Shown piece after piece: positions 26,433 to 35,292 of a stretch of 64,000 bases of DNA. The stretch is from Clostridia bacterium. GTDB taxonomy: Bacteria; Bacillota; Peptococcia; DRI-13; UBA5745. Within the stretch, counting starts at the first letter, position 1; the number at the start of each line of letters is the position of its first letter. The position numbers and the translations under genes were made by a program. The notes below the pieces were generated by a model. It worked only from the letters and a program-made list of their open reading frames with translations, was not told where the DNA came from and made no database searches. The DNA lies in contig JAHDPO010000006.1 of the NCBI GenBank assembly GCA_018434325.1, positions 31,668-95,667 of the forward strand. Direction: 5' to 3'.

Positions 26433-28298
26433 CTATTCGCTTAACTTCACGATATCGCTGCCAAAGATTTCAATCGCTTTCTGAATCGGGTCCGTATCCT
26501 CCTCTTTGTCCCAAAAACCGCATTCCACTTCAAGGCCGCCGCCCAATACCTGGCAAGCCGCGTCTTTGATCATTTGCAGGTTGTCTCTTTCTACGCAGCG
26601 ATCTCTATGAAAGCGGCCTTTGTCCGGATCAAAAAATATACGCAGCACACCGCTGGTCAGCTCCTGCCGCAATGCCGCCAACAGGAAAGCGTGGAGAACA
26701 ATTTTTTGTCCTTTGATAAGCTGCAGGATCTGCTCCCACTGAGAGGCAGACAGGTCGCCGCCAGAGCTTGAACCGGCGGCAGTGGAGTTCAAGCCGCCAG
26801 CTGCCTTTAAGCCTAAGGCAGCCTTTATCGGGGGTTGCTCTTTGGCAGAAGCTTCGGTTGGAGCAACAGGAGCCTTCGTCTTGGCAGCCGCGGGCGCTGC
26901 CTCGGCAGAGGCGGAAAAGGCCGTTGCCCGCTGACTTTCGCTTTCGCTTGCGCTTGCTGTCCGGCGGCTTCCGACTCCGTCCCTCGGGCCGCTATCTGGC
27001 TGAGAAGAGAACTGAGCTTCTTCCCAAGGCGGCCTTTCTTGCGTTTTGCTAAAATCGGGAGCTGGCATCGCCGGTCTTGCCGATGGGGCCTGACTTGCCC
27101 TCTCTCTTTGGCCGCCGGACGATCCCTGGCCGCCGAACTGACTCTGGCTACCAGACTGCCTCAGTCCTCCCGGCTGCGCCCCGGCCAGCCAGGCTTGTCC
27201 TTCCTGGCCCGGCTGATCAAGCAATAGTCCGGCAAACAATGCCTCCGCCATGTAGCGGCTGTTGCCCCGGTATCTGCCGCCGGCTACCCCCTGGTCCAGC
27301 CGGGTTAATATCTGCTGCAGCCTGGATGCTCCCAGCTTGCCGCTTTGCTCAACCATCAGCCGCCGCTGCTGGCCGGCCGCTATGACCAGCTCCGTCCCTT
27401 GGCCGCAGAGAGCCAAAAGCAGCAAATCCCGGCAATAGCCGGCAAACTCTTTCAGCAGCTGCATAGGATCTACACCTTGGGTGAACAAGGCTTCCAGCTC
27501 CATGAAAAGCTCCGTAGCTTCGCCATCGATCACCGCCGTCAAAAGAGAGGCCAGCGCTTCCTGGCGCACCAGGCCCAAAATAGCGCAGGTGTCGTCCAGC
27601 GTCAGCCGGTCAGGGCTGAAGGAAAGGCATTGATCCAATAAGCTGATGGCATCCCGGAGGCCGCCGTCAGCCTGCCGAATGATCAGGGATAAAGCTTCCG
27701 GATCCACCTTCCTCTCCTGACCGGCGATGATTTCCTCCAGCCGGCCTTTAATGGCTTCATAAGAAATCTTGCGGAAATCAAAGCGCTGGCAACGGGAAAG
27801 CACCGTCGGCGGCAGCTTTTGGGGATCCGTGGTAGCCAGCACAAAAATCACATGTGCCGGCGGCTCCTCTAAGGTTTTCAGCAAGGCATTGAACGCCTCG
27901 TTGGTCAGCATATGAACTTCGTCAACAATATAAACCTTATATTTGCCTAACGCCGGTAAAAAGCTGATTTTCTCTTTCAACTCCCGGATCTCTTCAATGC
28001 CCCGGTTGGAAGCGCCGTCGATCTCCAGCACATCCAGGGCATTGCCTCGGGTGATGGTTTGGCAGCTTTCACATTCGCCGCAAGGGTGAGCGCCATTGCG
28101 GTTAGTACAATTCAGGGCTTTAGCCAATATCCTGGCCGTACTGGTCTTGCCCGTCCCCCTTGGCCCGGTAAACAGATAGGCATGGCTGATCCTATCCTGC
28201 AAAATAGCATTTTCCAAGGTCCGGCGGATATGCTCCTGTCCCGCCAGCTCTTCAAAACCCTGGGGCCGCCAGACCCGGTATAATACTTGATAAGTCAT
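26433..28298 (-). CDS. dnaX: DNA polymerase III subunit gamma/tau
   Basis: Start moved to MTYQVLYRVWRPQ. GPRGTGKTS Walker A, zinc module CGECESCQ, DEVHML, LKTLEEPP and SRCQRF motifs. Long low-complexity linker. Confidence 0.9.
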   Translation of the reverse strand: MTYQVLYRVWRPQGFEELAGQEHIRRTLENAILQDRISHAYLFTGPRGTGKTSTARILAKALNCTNRNGAHPCGECESCQTITRGNALDVLEIDGASNRGIEEIRELKEKISFLPALGKYKVYIVDEVHMLTNEAFNALLKTLEEPPAHVIFVLATTDPQKLPPTVLSRCQRFDFRKISYEAIKGRLEEIIAGQERKVDPEALSLIIRQADGGLRDAISLLDQCLSFSPDRLTLDDTCAILGLVRQEALASLLTAVIDGEATELFMELEALFTQGVDPMQLLKEFAGYCRDLLLLALCGQGTELVIAAGQQRRLMVEQSGKLGASRLQQILTRLDQGVAGGRYRGNSRYMAEALFAGLLLDQPGQEGQAWLAGAQPGGLRQSGSQSQFGGQGSSGGQRERASQAPSARPAMPAPDFSKTQERPPWEEAQFSSQPDSGPRDGVGSRRTASASESESQRATAFSASAEAAPAAAKTKAPVAPTEASAKEQPPIKAALGLKAAGGLNSTAAGSSSGGDLSASQWEQILQLIKGQKIVLHAFLLAALRQELTSGVLRIFFDPDKGRFHRDRCVERDNLQMIKDAACQVLGGGLEVECGFWDKEEDTDPIQKAIEIFGSDIVKLSE

Positions 28299-28349
28299 AA
28301 GATAATTCCTTCCCTTGATCTGTGTAAAGCCCGATAATCCTATGCTTCC

Positions 28350-28379
28350 AGTATAGCATTGAAGAGCTAAAACTGCCAA
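28350..28379 (-). promoter_or_regulatory. Possible dnaX promoter
   Basis: Minus strand TTGGCA (28379-28374), an 18-bp spacer, then TGcTATACT (extended -10, 28358-28350). Confidence 0.4.
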
Positions 28380-28445
28380 TACTATAACTACAGACGCCTG
28401 TTTCTGAGGGCAATATCCCATTTTGCAGGCAGTCATTTGTTTCTC

Positions 28446-28474
28446 TTGAAGTATAAAATCATTTGTGGTAAGAT
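28446..28474 (+). promoter_or_regulatory. Promoter of the candidate antisense sRNA
   Basis: TTGAAG (28446-28451), a 17-bp spacer, then TGgTAAGAT (extended -10, hexamer 28469-28474). Confidence 0.55.
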
Positions 28475-28480
28475 ATAAAT

Positions 28481-28567
28481 ACAAATAGGAACTGCTGCTT
28501 TTTGTGGGGCGGCAGTCCCTCAGTTATGGGGTTTGACCGCCTGTTTCAGCAGGCGGTCATTTTTTTC
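28481..28567 (+). ncRNA. Candidate ~85-nt antisense sRNA (type I antitoxin-like)
   Basis: Starts about 7 nt after the -10. 5' hairpin GGAACUGCUGC / GCGGCAGUCCC, then the terminator GACCGCCUG-uuuc-AGCAGGCGGUC followed by AUUUUUUU. Its 3' end is complementary to the stop codon and 3' UTR of the convergent 29-aa ORF. Confidence 0.5.
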
Positions 28568-28646
28568 TCTTGTTGTTCAACAACAAAGAGGCGAATGCTA
28601 TAGCAACCAAGCAGAAGGTCAAAAACTCCATCCACGTTATTGCCAT
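28557..28646 (-). CDS. Candidate type I toxin: 29-aa hydrophobic peptide with a Lys-rich tail
   Basis: My translation: MAITWMEFLTFCLVAIAFASLLLNNKRKK. AGGTGA lies 7 nt upstream of the ATG (28646). It has one predicted TM helix plus NNKRKK. Not in the ORF track because it is under 60 aa. Confidence 0.5.
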   Translation of the reverse strand: MAITWMEFLTFCLVAIAFASLLLNNKRKK

Positions 28647-28762
28647 ATATATCACCTACATACGCGTTCTTAGTATCTCAGGATAGCGGATTGAGGCCGT
28701 ACGCTCCCTCATTATTCGCTAATGAGAGGGAAAACCGCCAAGCAACAGTTCCTATACGTTGT

Positions 28763-28771
28763 ATTATAACA
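28763..28771 (-). promoter_or_regulatory. Extended -10 promoter (TGtTATAAT) for the toxin-like mRNA
   Basis: Minus strand tgttataat. The predicted 5' end lies near 28755, giving a ~109-nt leader containing the hairpin CUCUCAUUA / UAAUGAGGG. Confidence 0.45.
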
Positions 28772-28888
28772 TTTTTTCCATAAAATTCCGATATCATTTC
28801 TTTATCTTTACTTGTTTGCATTATTCGCCGCATTATGATAATTTATGGGTTAGAATTCCGCCAAATTTATTCTTTAGGAGGCTCGTTA

Positions 28889-30700
28889 ATGCTCCAGTAT
28901 CGCATTCCGGCTAAATCACTCATGATCATCCTGCTACCTGCCTTATTGATATTCAGCATGTTTTCTATTATGCTGTTTCCCCTGCCGGCTTTGGCTGCCG
29001 ACGCCGACCACTATACCTCCCGGGTTTATGTGGTGGTAGACACGGCTTTGGCCGACTCCAGCGATGCCGTGGAGCTGGACGTAATGCTCTTTGCCCCCGG
29101 CCACGGCCTGGTGACGGATAACAGCATTTACTGCGCCTCCTCCCGCAAAGACGACAGCATTTCCATCGGCGCCAACGAAGACGGCCTGATTAAAGTGGAA
29201 ATCTCCAGCTCAAGCCCCGGCATTTCTCAAATCGCTTTGTCCCTGGTATCTCAAGATGCGGCGGCCAGGTTCCTGCAAGGAAAAATCGGCACTTACGAAG
29301 GCAAAATCCTGCAAACCAGTACAGGAGCCGAAACTTTCCCTGTTTATTTTATTGCCGGCAGCCTGGATCCGGAATACTGCCTTATGGAGTTTGATAAAGA
29401 CACCATTGCCGTCACCGATCAACAATATACGGACAATGCCATCGGCACCATTTATCTGCGGACGGAAATCGATCAGCCCGTGGCTAATCAGCGGGTGACG
29501 ATCTACACCAAGAAAAATGGCGTTCTCCTATATCCTGCCCTCAGTTCTTCCACCAATAAAGGTGAAGGCTCTTCAATCAACCTGGTTACCGATAAGAACG
29601 GTACCGCTTCTTTTGTTGTCCGCGGCTACGAGGCAGGTGATGCCGAGATTATCTGTGATGTGGATGGCGAGGAATTCAGCGAATTCATTTATATCGACCT
29701 GGCGGAAAATGTTTTCGATCTGGAGACGGATGACTGGGGCGATGAGGAAGATGAGGAGGAAGAAGACGAAGAGCTGATTATCAGCCGGGAGAATACCAAG
29801 GTCAATCTCTCTAAATCCATAGCTCTGGAATATGGCAGCAACGCCTATTATAATTTCCCCGATACGGAAGCCGGCCGGGACAAAATTATCATTGGCGGCG
29901 TGGCTATGACTGCCGATGACGAGCCGGTACGGGGACAACATCTGGTGCAGGCTTACGTTACTGCCGGCAATCTGGACAAAAGCACTACGCTGACCACCAG
30001 CAACGGCGGCGCTTTTTCTTTCAGCCTCACCTCCAAGGAGATTTGCCTAGGCCGCTATGCCGTTGGTTTAGGCACAACTGAGCAGCTGAAAGGCTATCTG
30101 GAAGGCACCGTCAGTGCCGACGATTGCCAGCTATTAGGCACGGGAATGTACGCCTTCATCGGCCATAACTGGAATAAATACATGATCTGCGCCATCGGCG
30201 ATAAACAGACGATCATCAACGGCTACCTTGAAGAAATGGATGTAGCGCCTTTCATTCAAAACGGCAGGACGATGATGATTGCCAGACCCATAGCCAATAC
30301 CATCGATGCAATCAGCAAATGGGATCAGGCCAAACAAACCGCCAGCTTCTATGTGGGCAGCGGTAATTATACCATTGCCATGAAGGTGGGCAGCACTATC
30401 ATTGATCGCACGGAAACCTATGTGGCTCCTAAGCAGTTTACCAGCGACGTGGCCGCCATGGTCAAAGAAGGCCGCACCGTGCTGCCCTTACGGGCTTTGG
30501 GAGAAGCCTTCAAGATGCAGACCATCTACGACGCCGGCCAGCAGCTGGTGGCCGTTTACAATACGGCTGTCAAATATCCTACCCGTTACAATCCGAAGAA
30601 AGACCCCAATCATCCCGATTACGACCCCGTCATGGACCCCAACAGCGATCAATACGATGCCACCAAGGACCCGGACAGCGACGAATACATTGAACCATAA
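28889..30700 (+). CDS. Large secreted protein with Ig-like repeats and a C-terminal copper-amine-oxidase-N-terminal-like (stalk) domain
   Basis: Start moved to MLQYRIPAKS (AGGAGG upstream). Signal peptide ...LPALA-ADAD and Big-like segments (TDKNGTASFVVRGYEAGDAEIICDV). Also an acidic run DDWGDEEDEEEEDEE, paired G-RT..P.R motifs (IQNGRTMMIARPIA / VKEGRTVLPLRALGEAF) and a DP-rich tail. Confidence 0.7.
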   Translation: MLQYRIPAKSLMIILLPALLIFSMFSIMLFPLPALAADADHYTSRVYVVVDTALADSSDAVELDVMLFAPGHGLVTDNSIYCASSRKDDSISIGANEDGLIKVEISSSSPGISQIALSLVSQDAAARFLQGKIGTYEGKILQTSTGAETFPVYFIAGSLDPEYCLMEFDKDTIAVTDQQYTDNAIGTIYLRTEIDQPVANQRVTIYTKKNGVLLYPALSSSTNKGEGSSINLVTDKNGTASFVVRGYEAGDAEIICDVDGEEFSEFIYIDLAENVFDLETDDWGDEEDEEEEDEELIISRENTKVNLSKSIALEYGSNAYYNFPDTEAGRDKIIIGGVAMTADDEPVRGQHLVQAYVTAGNLDKSTTLTTSNGGAFSFSLTSKEICLGRYAVGLGTTEQLKGYLEGTVSADDCQLLGTGMYAFIGHNWNKYMICAIGDKQTIINGYLEEMDVAPFIQNGRTMMIARPIANTIDAISKWDQAKQTASFYVGSGNYTIAMKVGSTIIDRTETYVAPKQFTSDVAAMVKEGRTVLPLRALGEAFKMQTIYDAGQQLVAVYNTAVKYPTRYNPKKDPNHPDYDPVMDPNSDQYDATKDPDSDEYIEP

Positions 30701-30719
30701 TATATACTTGATAGAAAAA

Positions 30720-30741
30720 GCCAGCGCTTTTATGCACTGGC
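30720..30741 (+). terminator. Weak hairpin after the surface-protein gene
   Basis: gccagcgc-ttttat-gcactggc (7 of 8 pairs) followed by tgatattatt. Confidence 0.35.
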
Positions 30742-30760
30742 TGATATTATTAGTCTAAAG

Positions 30761-31111
30761 CTAGTTCTCACTTAAAACATTTTGGCAATATGATTTTAGC
30801 TTTGGTATATCGTTTACCACAGTCTCCCAAACGTCTGGGATGCTGATATTTACATAAGCATGAGCAGCAATATTGCGCATGGCTCTTATACTTCTCCAAG
30901 GGATTTGGTTATGTGTATTCGTAAATTCATCGGATAACCGACCCGTAAGCTCACCGATCTGCAAAATACACATAGTGACAGCGTTTCGATAAATTTTATC
31001 TGAACTGAAAACCTCTAAGGAATCTCCAAAGCGTTCTACTGTCTGCTCAACTTCTTCACAATATTCAAGGATATGGGTAATAAATCTCATATCCTTTTTG
31101 TTAATGTCCAT
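30761..31111 (-). CDS. hepT: HepT-type (DUF86) toxin of a type VII TA pair
   Basis: 116 aa. RX4HXY motif present as RNIAAHAY. Overlaps the upstream nucleotidyltransferase gene by 11 bp. Confidence 0.8.
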   Translation of the reverse strand: MDINKKDMRFITHILEYCEEVEQTVERFGDSLEVFSSDKIYRNAVTMCILQIGELTGRLSDEFTNTHNQIPWRSIRAMRNIAAHAYVNISIPDVWETVVNDIPKLKSYCQNVLSEN

Positions 31112-31400
31112 ATATCAGCACCTCTTCAGAAGCAATTTCTCTTCTGAACGCCTCATCGAGGCTATCTGTGGTAAGCAAATCTATAGGTACATTAAAAGCA
31201 TCCTCTAAATCAGCATACAACCCACCCAATGCAATCAGGCCTTTAATACGCCCTCTGTCGATACGAAAATCCAAATCACTGCCTGCTTTCTGTTCACCTC
31301 TTGCATAAGAGCCAAACAGAAACATACGCTCAACACCATGGCGGGCAGCAATTTCTCCAGCTATTTGACTTATTTCCTCAACAGTATATGCCTTTTCCAC
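31101..31400 (-). CDS. mntA: MntA-type minimal nucleotidyltransferase antitoxin
   Basis: GSYARGEQKAGSDLDF (GSX10DXD). Start set at the GTG (MEKAYTVEE) 5 nt after GAGGTGA. TGgTATAAT promoter-like sequence upstream. Confidence 0.75.
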   Translation of the reverse strand: MEKAYTVEEISQIAGEIAARHGVERMFLFGSYARGEQKAGSDLDFRIDRGRIKGLIALGGLYADLEDAFNVPIDLLTTDSLDEAFRREIASEEVLIYGH

Positions 31401-31535
31401 AGATCTCACCTCTCTTGTGCGATTTCTAATATTGTACATCATACAAGCGGAGCCGATAAGGCACAATCGGCCATCAAGGTTATTATACCATAAAAAGCCA
31501 AATCTTAACTACGGCAAGAGCAGCAGCGGTCATCC

Positions 31536-32132
31536 TTATCGCTTCCTTATGCCCTCGAAGAAAAAGTCGGTGACCCGTTCCGCCGCCTCCTGAGGCATGT
31601 AATTATCCCATACGGAGCCGCTCCAGGACCGCATCAAATTCTTGACGGCACCCATTAAGGCCCCCAGAAACAGCTGGGGGTCCACCGGCCGTATCTCGTC
31701 GCTTGCTACGCCGGCATTAATGATCTCCTCCAGCCACCGCTGCCAACGCAAATTTTCCTCCTGAGCCATGCTCTGGAATTCCTTCATCGCATTGCCCAAT
31801 TCTGCCGGATTAATATTCATGCCCAGATAGCAGCCTTTATGGTGGCGGAGCATCACCGTCTCCACCAGGGCCTTTATCTTATCTTTTACGGTGGACACCC
31901 CATCCATCTTGTTTTTTACCTGCCGGGTCATTTCCTCCATCTCATAACCGACGGCCGCCGACAACAATTCTTCTTTGCTGCGGAAATATTCATATACCGT
32001 ACCTTTGCCGATACCGGCAGCGGCGGCCACCTCTTCAATCCGGGTATTGTGGAAGCCTTTGCTGCCAAAGGCCCCCAGCGCCGCCCTGATAATCTCTTCC
32101 CGCCGGTTTTTCTGTGCTTTTTCTTTCTCCAT
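31536..32132 (-). CDS. TetR/AcrR-family regulator
   Basis: 198 aa, N-terminal HTH IIRAALGAFGSKGFHNTRIEEVAAAAGIGKGTVYEYF. Last gene of the efflux operon. Confidence 0.85.
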   Translation of the reverse strand: MEKEKAQKNRREEIIRAALGAFGSKGFHNTRIEEVAAAAGIGKGTVYEYFRSKEELLSAAVGYEMEEMTRQVKNKMDGVSTVKDKIKALVETVMLRHHKGCYLGMNINPAELGNAMKEFQSMAQEENLRWQRWLEEIINAGVASDEIRPVDPQLFLGALMGAVKNLMRSWSGSVWDNYMPQEAAERVTDFFFEGIRKR

Positions 32133-32202
32133 AGGAAACCTGCCTTTCTGCCCTAAAGTCCGGCTGTAAGCTAATGCTTATAACGAGGCTTTCTCGTTAT
32201 AC

Positions 32203-35200
32203 TCAGGCCTGACCTTCTTCCGCCGCAGCCTTAACCCGCCGGCGGAAAAGCCTGCCAATGCCGTTGCTGATATTTTCAGCATAAACATACATACAGGGGA
32301 CATAAACCAAGGTGATCAACGTTGAAAAGGTCAGTCCTCCCGCCACCACGGTGCCCAGAGGCGACATCATTTCGCCGCCCTCTCCCATACCGATGGCAAT
32401 GGGCAACATGCCTAAAATGGTAGTCAAGCTGGTCATCATAATCGGCCTAAGCCTGGTCAGTCCCGCTTCAATAATCGCTTCTTCACGGTTCATGCCTTTA
32501 TTGCGCCGCAGAATATTGATATAGTCCACAAGCACGATAGCATTATTGACCACGATGCCGGCCAGCATAATGACGCCGATCAGCGAAACGACGTTGATGG
32601 TTCTGCCGGTGATAAACAAGCAGAAAACAACGCCGATAAACGTAGGCGGCAGAGAAAACATAATCACAAAGGGGTAAAGCAGCTGCTCAAACTGGAAAGC
32701 CATAACCATATAAACAAGCACTATAGCCAAAAGTAAAGCCAGCAGCAAATCCTTGAAGGCGTCCATCATTTCTTTATTACTGCCGCCCATCTCAATTTGA
32801 ACCTCAGGAGGGATATTCATTTCCGCCAAAGCCTTTTGGACGTCGGCGGATACTTCGCTCAGGCTTCTGCCCACAGTGGTGCAGGATACGGATACCTGGC
32901 GGCTCTGGTTTTGCCGGACAATACTGGTCGGACTGGTCTCAACCCTTAAGGTGGCAATATTGCCCAAGGGGATCAGATTACCTGTAGGAGAAGTGATAGT
33001 AAGGGCTGCCAGATCATTAAGATTTTGCCGGTACTGCTCATCCATAATCAGGCGGATATCCAGCTCCTTGCCGGCCTCCCTCAATTTAGTAGAGGCAGTG
33101 CCGCTGACCGCCGCCGATACGGCAGCCGCCACCGTGGAAGAGTTGAGGCCATATTGGGAAGCCTTTTGACGGTCGACGATGACATTGACTTCCGGATTGC
33201 CGTCCTCCAGCGAGGTAGTCACCTCTCTGGTGCCATCGATCAGCTCGATCCGGCCGGCCACCGCATCGGCGATGATCTCCAGCTGGGCCAAATCGTCGCC
33301 CAGCAGATTAATGACGATATCGCTGCCGGTCATCATCATGGTACCGCCGCTGGAAGCCACCTCCACCTCCGCTCCGGGGATATCTTTCAGCCCTTCCCTT
33401 ATCTCATCCAACACTTCATCGATGGAGCGCTGCCGCTGGCTTAAAGACGTCAAAGCGCCGCTAAAAGTGGCGCCGGAGCTGCTGCCGCCGCCAAAGCCCA
33501 TGTTGCCGCCGCCCCCTATATTGCTGATAATGCGCTGGTTTTCCGGAATCTGCTGCAAAACAGCTTCGGCCTCCTGGGCTACCCGTAAGGTTTCCCGCAG
33601 GGCCACACCCTTAGGCAAAGAAAGCGTAACCGTATATTCGCCGGTATCCTGGGCGGGGATGAACTCCATTCCCACTTTTGGCAATAAAAAGGCGGAGCCT
33701 ATTAAAGCTGCGGTAAACAGCAATGCCACCATGCCTTTGCGGCGCAAGGCCAGCGCCAAAAACCGGCGGTACTGCTCTTTGATTGTAAGAAAAATCCGGC
33801 TGCCGCCTTTCTTTTCTTTTTCTTTAATTAATAATTTATTAGACAGCATAGGCACCGTCAAAAAGGCTACCCCTAAGGAAGCTAAAAGGGAGCAGGTAAT
33901 GGTCAGCGCCATTTGACGGAAAATCTGGGAAGCCAGCCCTTCTACAAAAACAATAGGCATAAAAACCACAACGGTGGTAATCGTGGAAGCGATTACTGCC
34001 CCGGCCACTTCCTTGCTGCCGTTGATGGCGGCCATCAGGTTGCTCTCCCCCTCTTGGCGGTGGCGGAAAATATTCTCCAAAACAACGATAGAGTTATCCA
34101 CCATCATACCGATGCCCAGAGCCAGGCCGCCTAAGGAGACCATGTTTAAAGTGACGTCGGTAAAAAACATCATGGCAAAGGCTGCAATGACCGATACGGG
34201 AATGGATATGGCAATAATCAACGTACTGCGCCAGCTGCGCAGGAACAGCATAAGGATCAATACAGCCAGGGCGCCGCCTTGAAGGGCGCTGGAAGTAACA
34301 TTATTGAGGGATAAATTAATATAATCAGCCTGATCAAAGGCAACGACAATATCGTAGCCCTTAGGCAGCTCTTCACGCAAGAGCCCAAGAACCTCCTTCA
34401 CCCGGGCGGAGGTCTGCACCAGGTTGGCGTCGCTCTGCTTCATCAGAGAGACGTTGATGCCGGGCTGGCCGTTGATATAGACGAAGCTGCTGCGGTCTTT
34501 AATGGTTCGTTCAATACTGGACAGGGAGCTTAAAGGGATATAACCGCCGTAAGCGCTGGGCACCTGGATATTCTTGATGTCTTCCAGGCTGGCAAATTCG
34601 CCGACCACCCGGACGGCATGGTCCTTCAGCCCTTCTTCCACCTTGCCGGCACTGATATTGCTGTTTTCCTGCCGCAAAAGGCCTACAATCTGGTTCATAC
34701 TGACGCCATAAGCCTGCAGCCTTTGGGGATCGGTAACGATGCGGATTTCCTCTGTCACGGTACCGGAGGCGTCCACTGAAGCTACGCCGTCTATCCGCTC
34801 CATCCGGGGCCGCAGTTTATCCTCGACGTAATCGGTGAGCTCCTCCAATGTGGTATCGCCGTAGACGCCGATTTGGATAATGGGCATGGAGTCCGGATCC
34901 ATCTTGATGATCATGGGCTTTGTAGCATCGGAGGGTAAAGCCGAGCTATAGAGATCCAGGCGGTCTCTCAACTGGTTGGTGACATAGTTTAAATCCGAGC
35001 CCCAGGCAAACTCCACCAGCACCATGGAGCTGCCTCTGGTGGAATAAGAGGTCATGCTCTGAACGCCGCTGACGGTGCCTACGGCCGCCTCTAGCGGCCG
35101 GGTGATCTGCTCTTCTATTTCTTGCGGGCTGACGCCGGTATAGCTGGTTTGCACCAAAAGCATGGGCAGCTCCATTTTGGGAAACAGATCCATGCCCAAT

Positions 35201-35292
35201 TTGCCGAAAGATACGACGCCTAGAATGACGACGATCAAAACAATCATCGTAACGGCTACCGGCCGTTTTACGGAAAAATCAAAGATATTCAC
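32203..35292 (-). CDS. RND efflux pump inner-membrane component (AcrB/HAE1-like)
   Basis: 1029 aa. MNIFDFSVKRPV N-terminus, 12-TM/two-periplasmic-loop layout. 4-bp overlap with the upstream MFP gene. Confidence 0.9.
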   Translation of the reverse strand: MNIFDFSVKRPVAVTMIVLIVVILGVVSFGKLGMDLFPKMELPMLLVQTSYTGVSPQEIEEQITRPLEAAVGTVSGVQSMTSYSTRGSSMVLVEFAWGSDLNYVTNQLRDRLDLYSSALPSDATKPMIIKMDPDSMPIIQIGVYGDTTLEELTDYVEDKLRPRMERIDGVASVDASGTVTEEIRIVTDPQRLQAYGVSMNQIVGLLRQENSNISAGKVEEGLKDHAVRVVGEFASLEDIKNIQVPSAYGGYIPLSSLSSIERTIKDRSSFVYINGQPGINVSLMKQSDANLVQTSARVKEVLGLLREELPKGYDIVVAFDQADYINLSLNNVTSSALQGGALAVLILMLFLRSWRSTLIIAISIPVSVIAAFAMMFFTDVTLNMVSLGGLALGIGMMVDNSIVVLENIFRHRQEGESNLMAAINGSKEVAGAVIASTITTVVVFMPIVFVEGLASQIFRQMALTITCSLLASLGVAFLTVPMLSNKLLIKEKEKKGGSRIFLTIKEQYRRFLALALRRKGMVALLFTAALIGSAFLLPKVGMEFIPAQDTGEYTVTLSLPKGVALRETLRVAQEAEAVLQQIPENQRIISNIGGGGNMGFGGGSSSGATFSGALTSLSQRQRSIDEVLDEIREGLKDIPGAEVEVASSGGTMMMTGSDIVINLLGDDLAQLEIIADAVAGRIELIDGTREVTTSLEDGNPEVNVIVDRQKASQYGLNSSTVAAAVSAAVSGTASTKLREAGKELDIRLIMDEQYRQNLNDLAALTITSPTGNLIPLGNIATLRVETSPTSIVRQNQSRQVSVSCTTVGRSLSEVSADVQKALAEMNIPPEVQIEMGGSNKEMMDAFKDLLLALLLAIVLVYMVMAFQFEQLLYPFVIMFSLPPTFIGVVFCLFITGRTINVVSLIGVIMLAGIVVNNAIVLVDYINILRRNKGMNREEAIIEAGLTRLRPIMMTSLTTILGMLPIAIGMGEGGEMMSPLGTVVAGGLTFSTLITLVYVPCMYVYAENISNGIGRLFRRRVKAAAEEGQA

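Noticed and set aside
26433-28298. Programmed -1 frameshift site in dnaX, as in the E. coli gamma/tau case.
   Set aside because: The only A-rich run (ggacaaaaaattg near 26700) is not in an X-XXY-YYZ register with the reading frame. It also lies close to the C-terminus, where a frameshift would not yield a gamma-like product.
28526-28603. A 25-codon plus-strand ORF (MGFDRLFQQAVIFFSCCSTTKRRML) inside the candidate sRNA/terminator region.
   Set aside because: It has no SD, and it runs straight through the terminator hairpin. The region is better explained as non-coding antisense RNA.
28299-28834. I expected the SRP RNA (ffs/scr), which lies just upstream of dnaX in Bacillus.
   Set aside because: I could not find the conserved domain IV sequence elements on either strand of the gap. 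The structure there is better explained by the small-peptide/antisense pair. A covariance search (RF00169/RF01854) would settle it.
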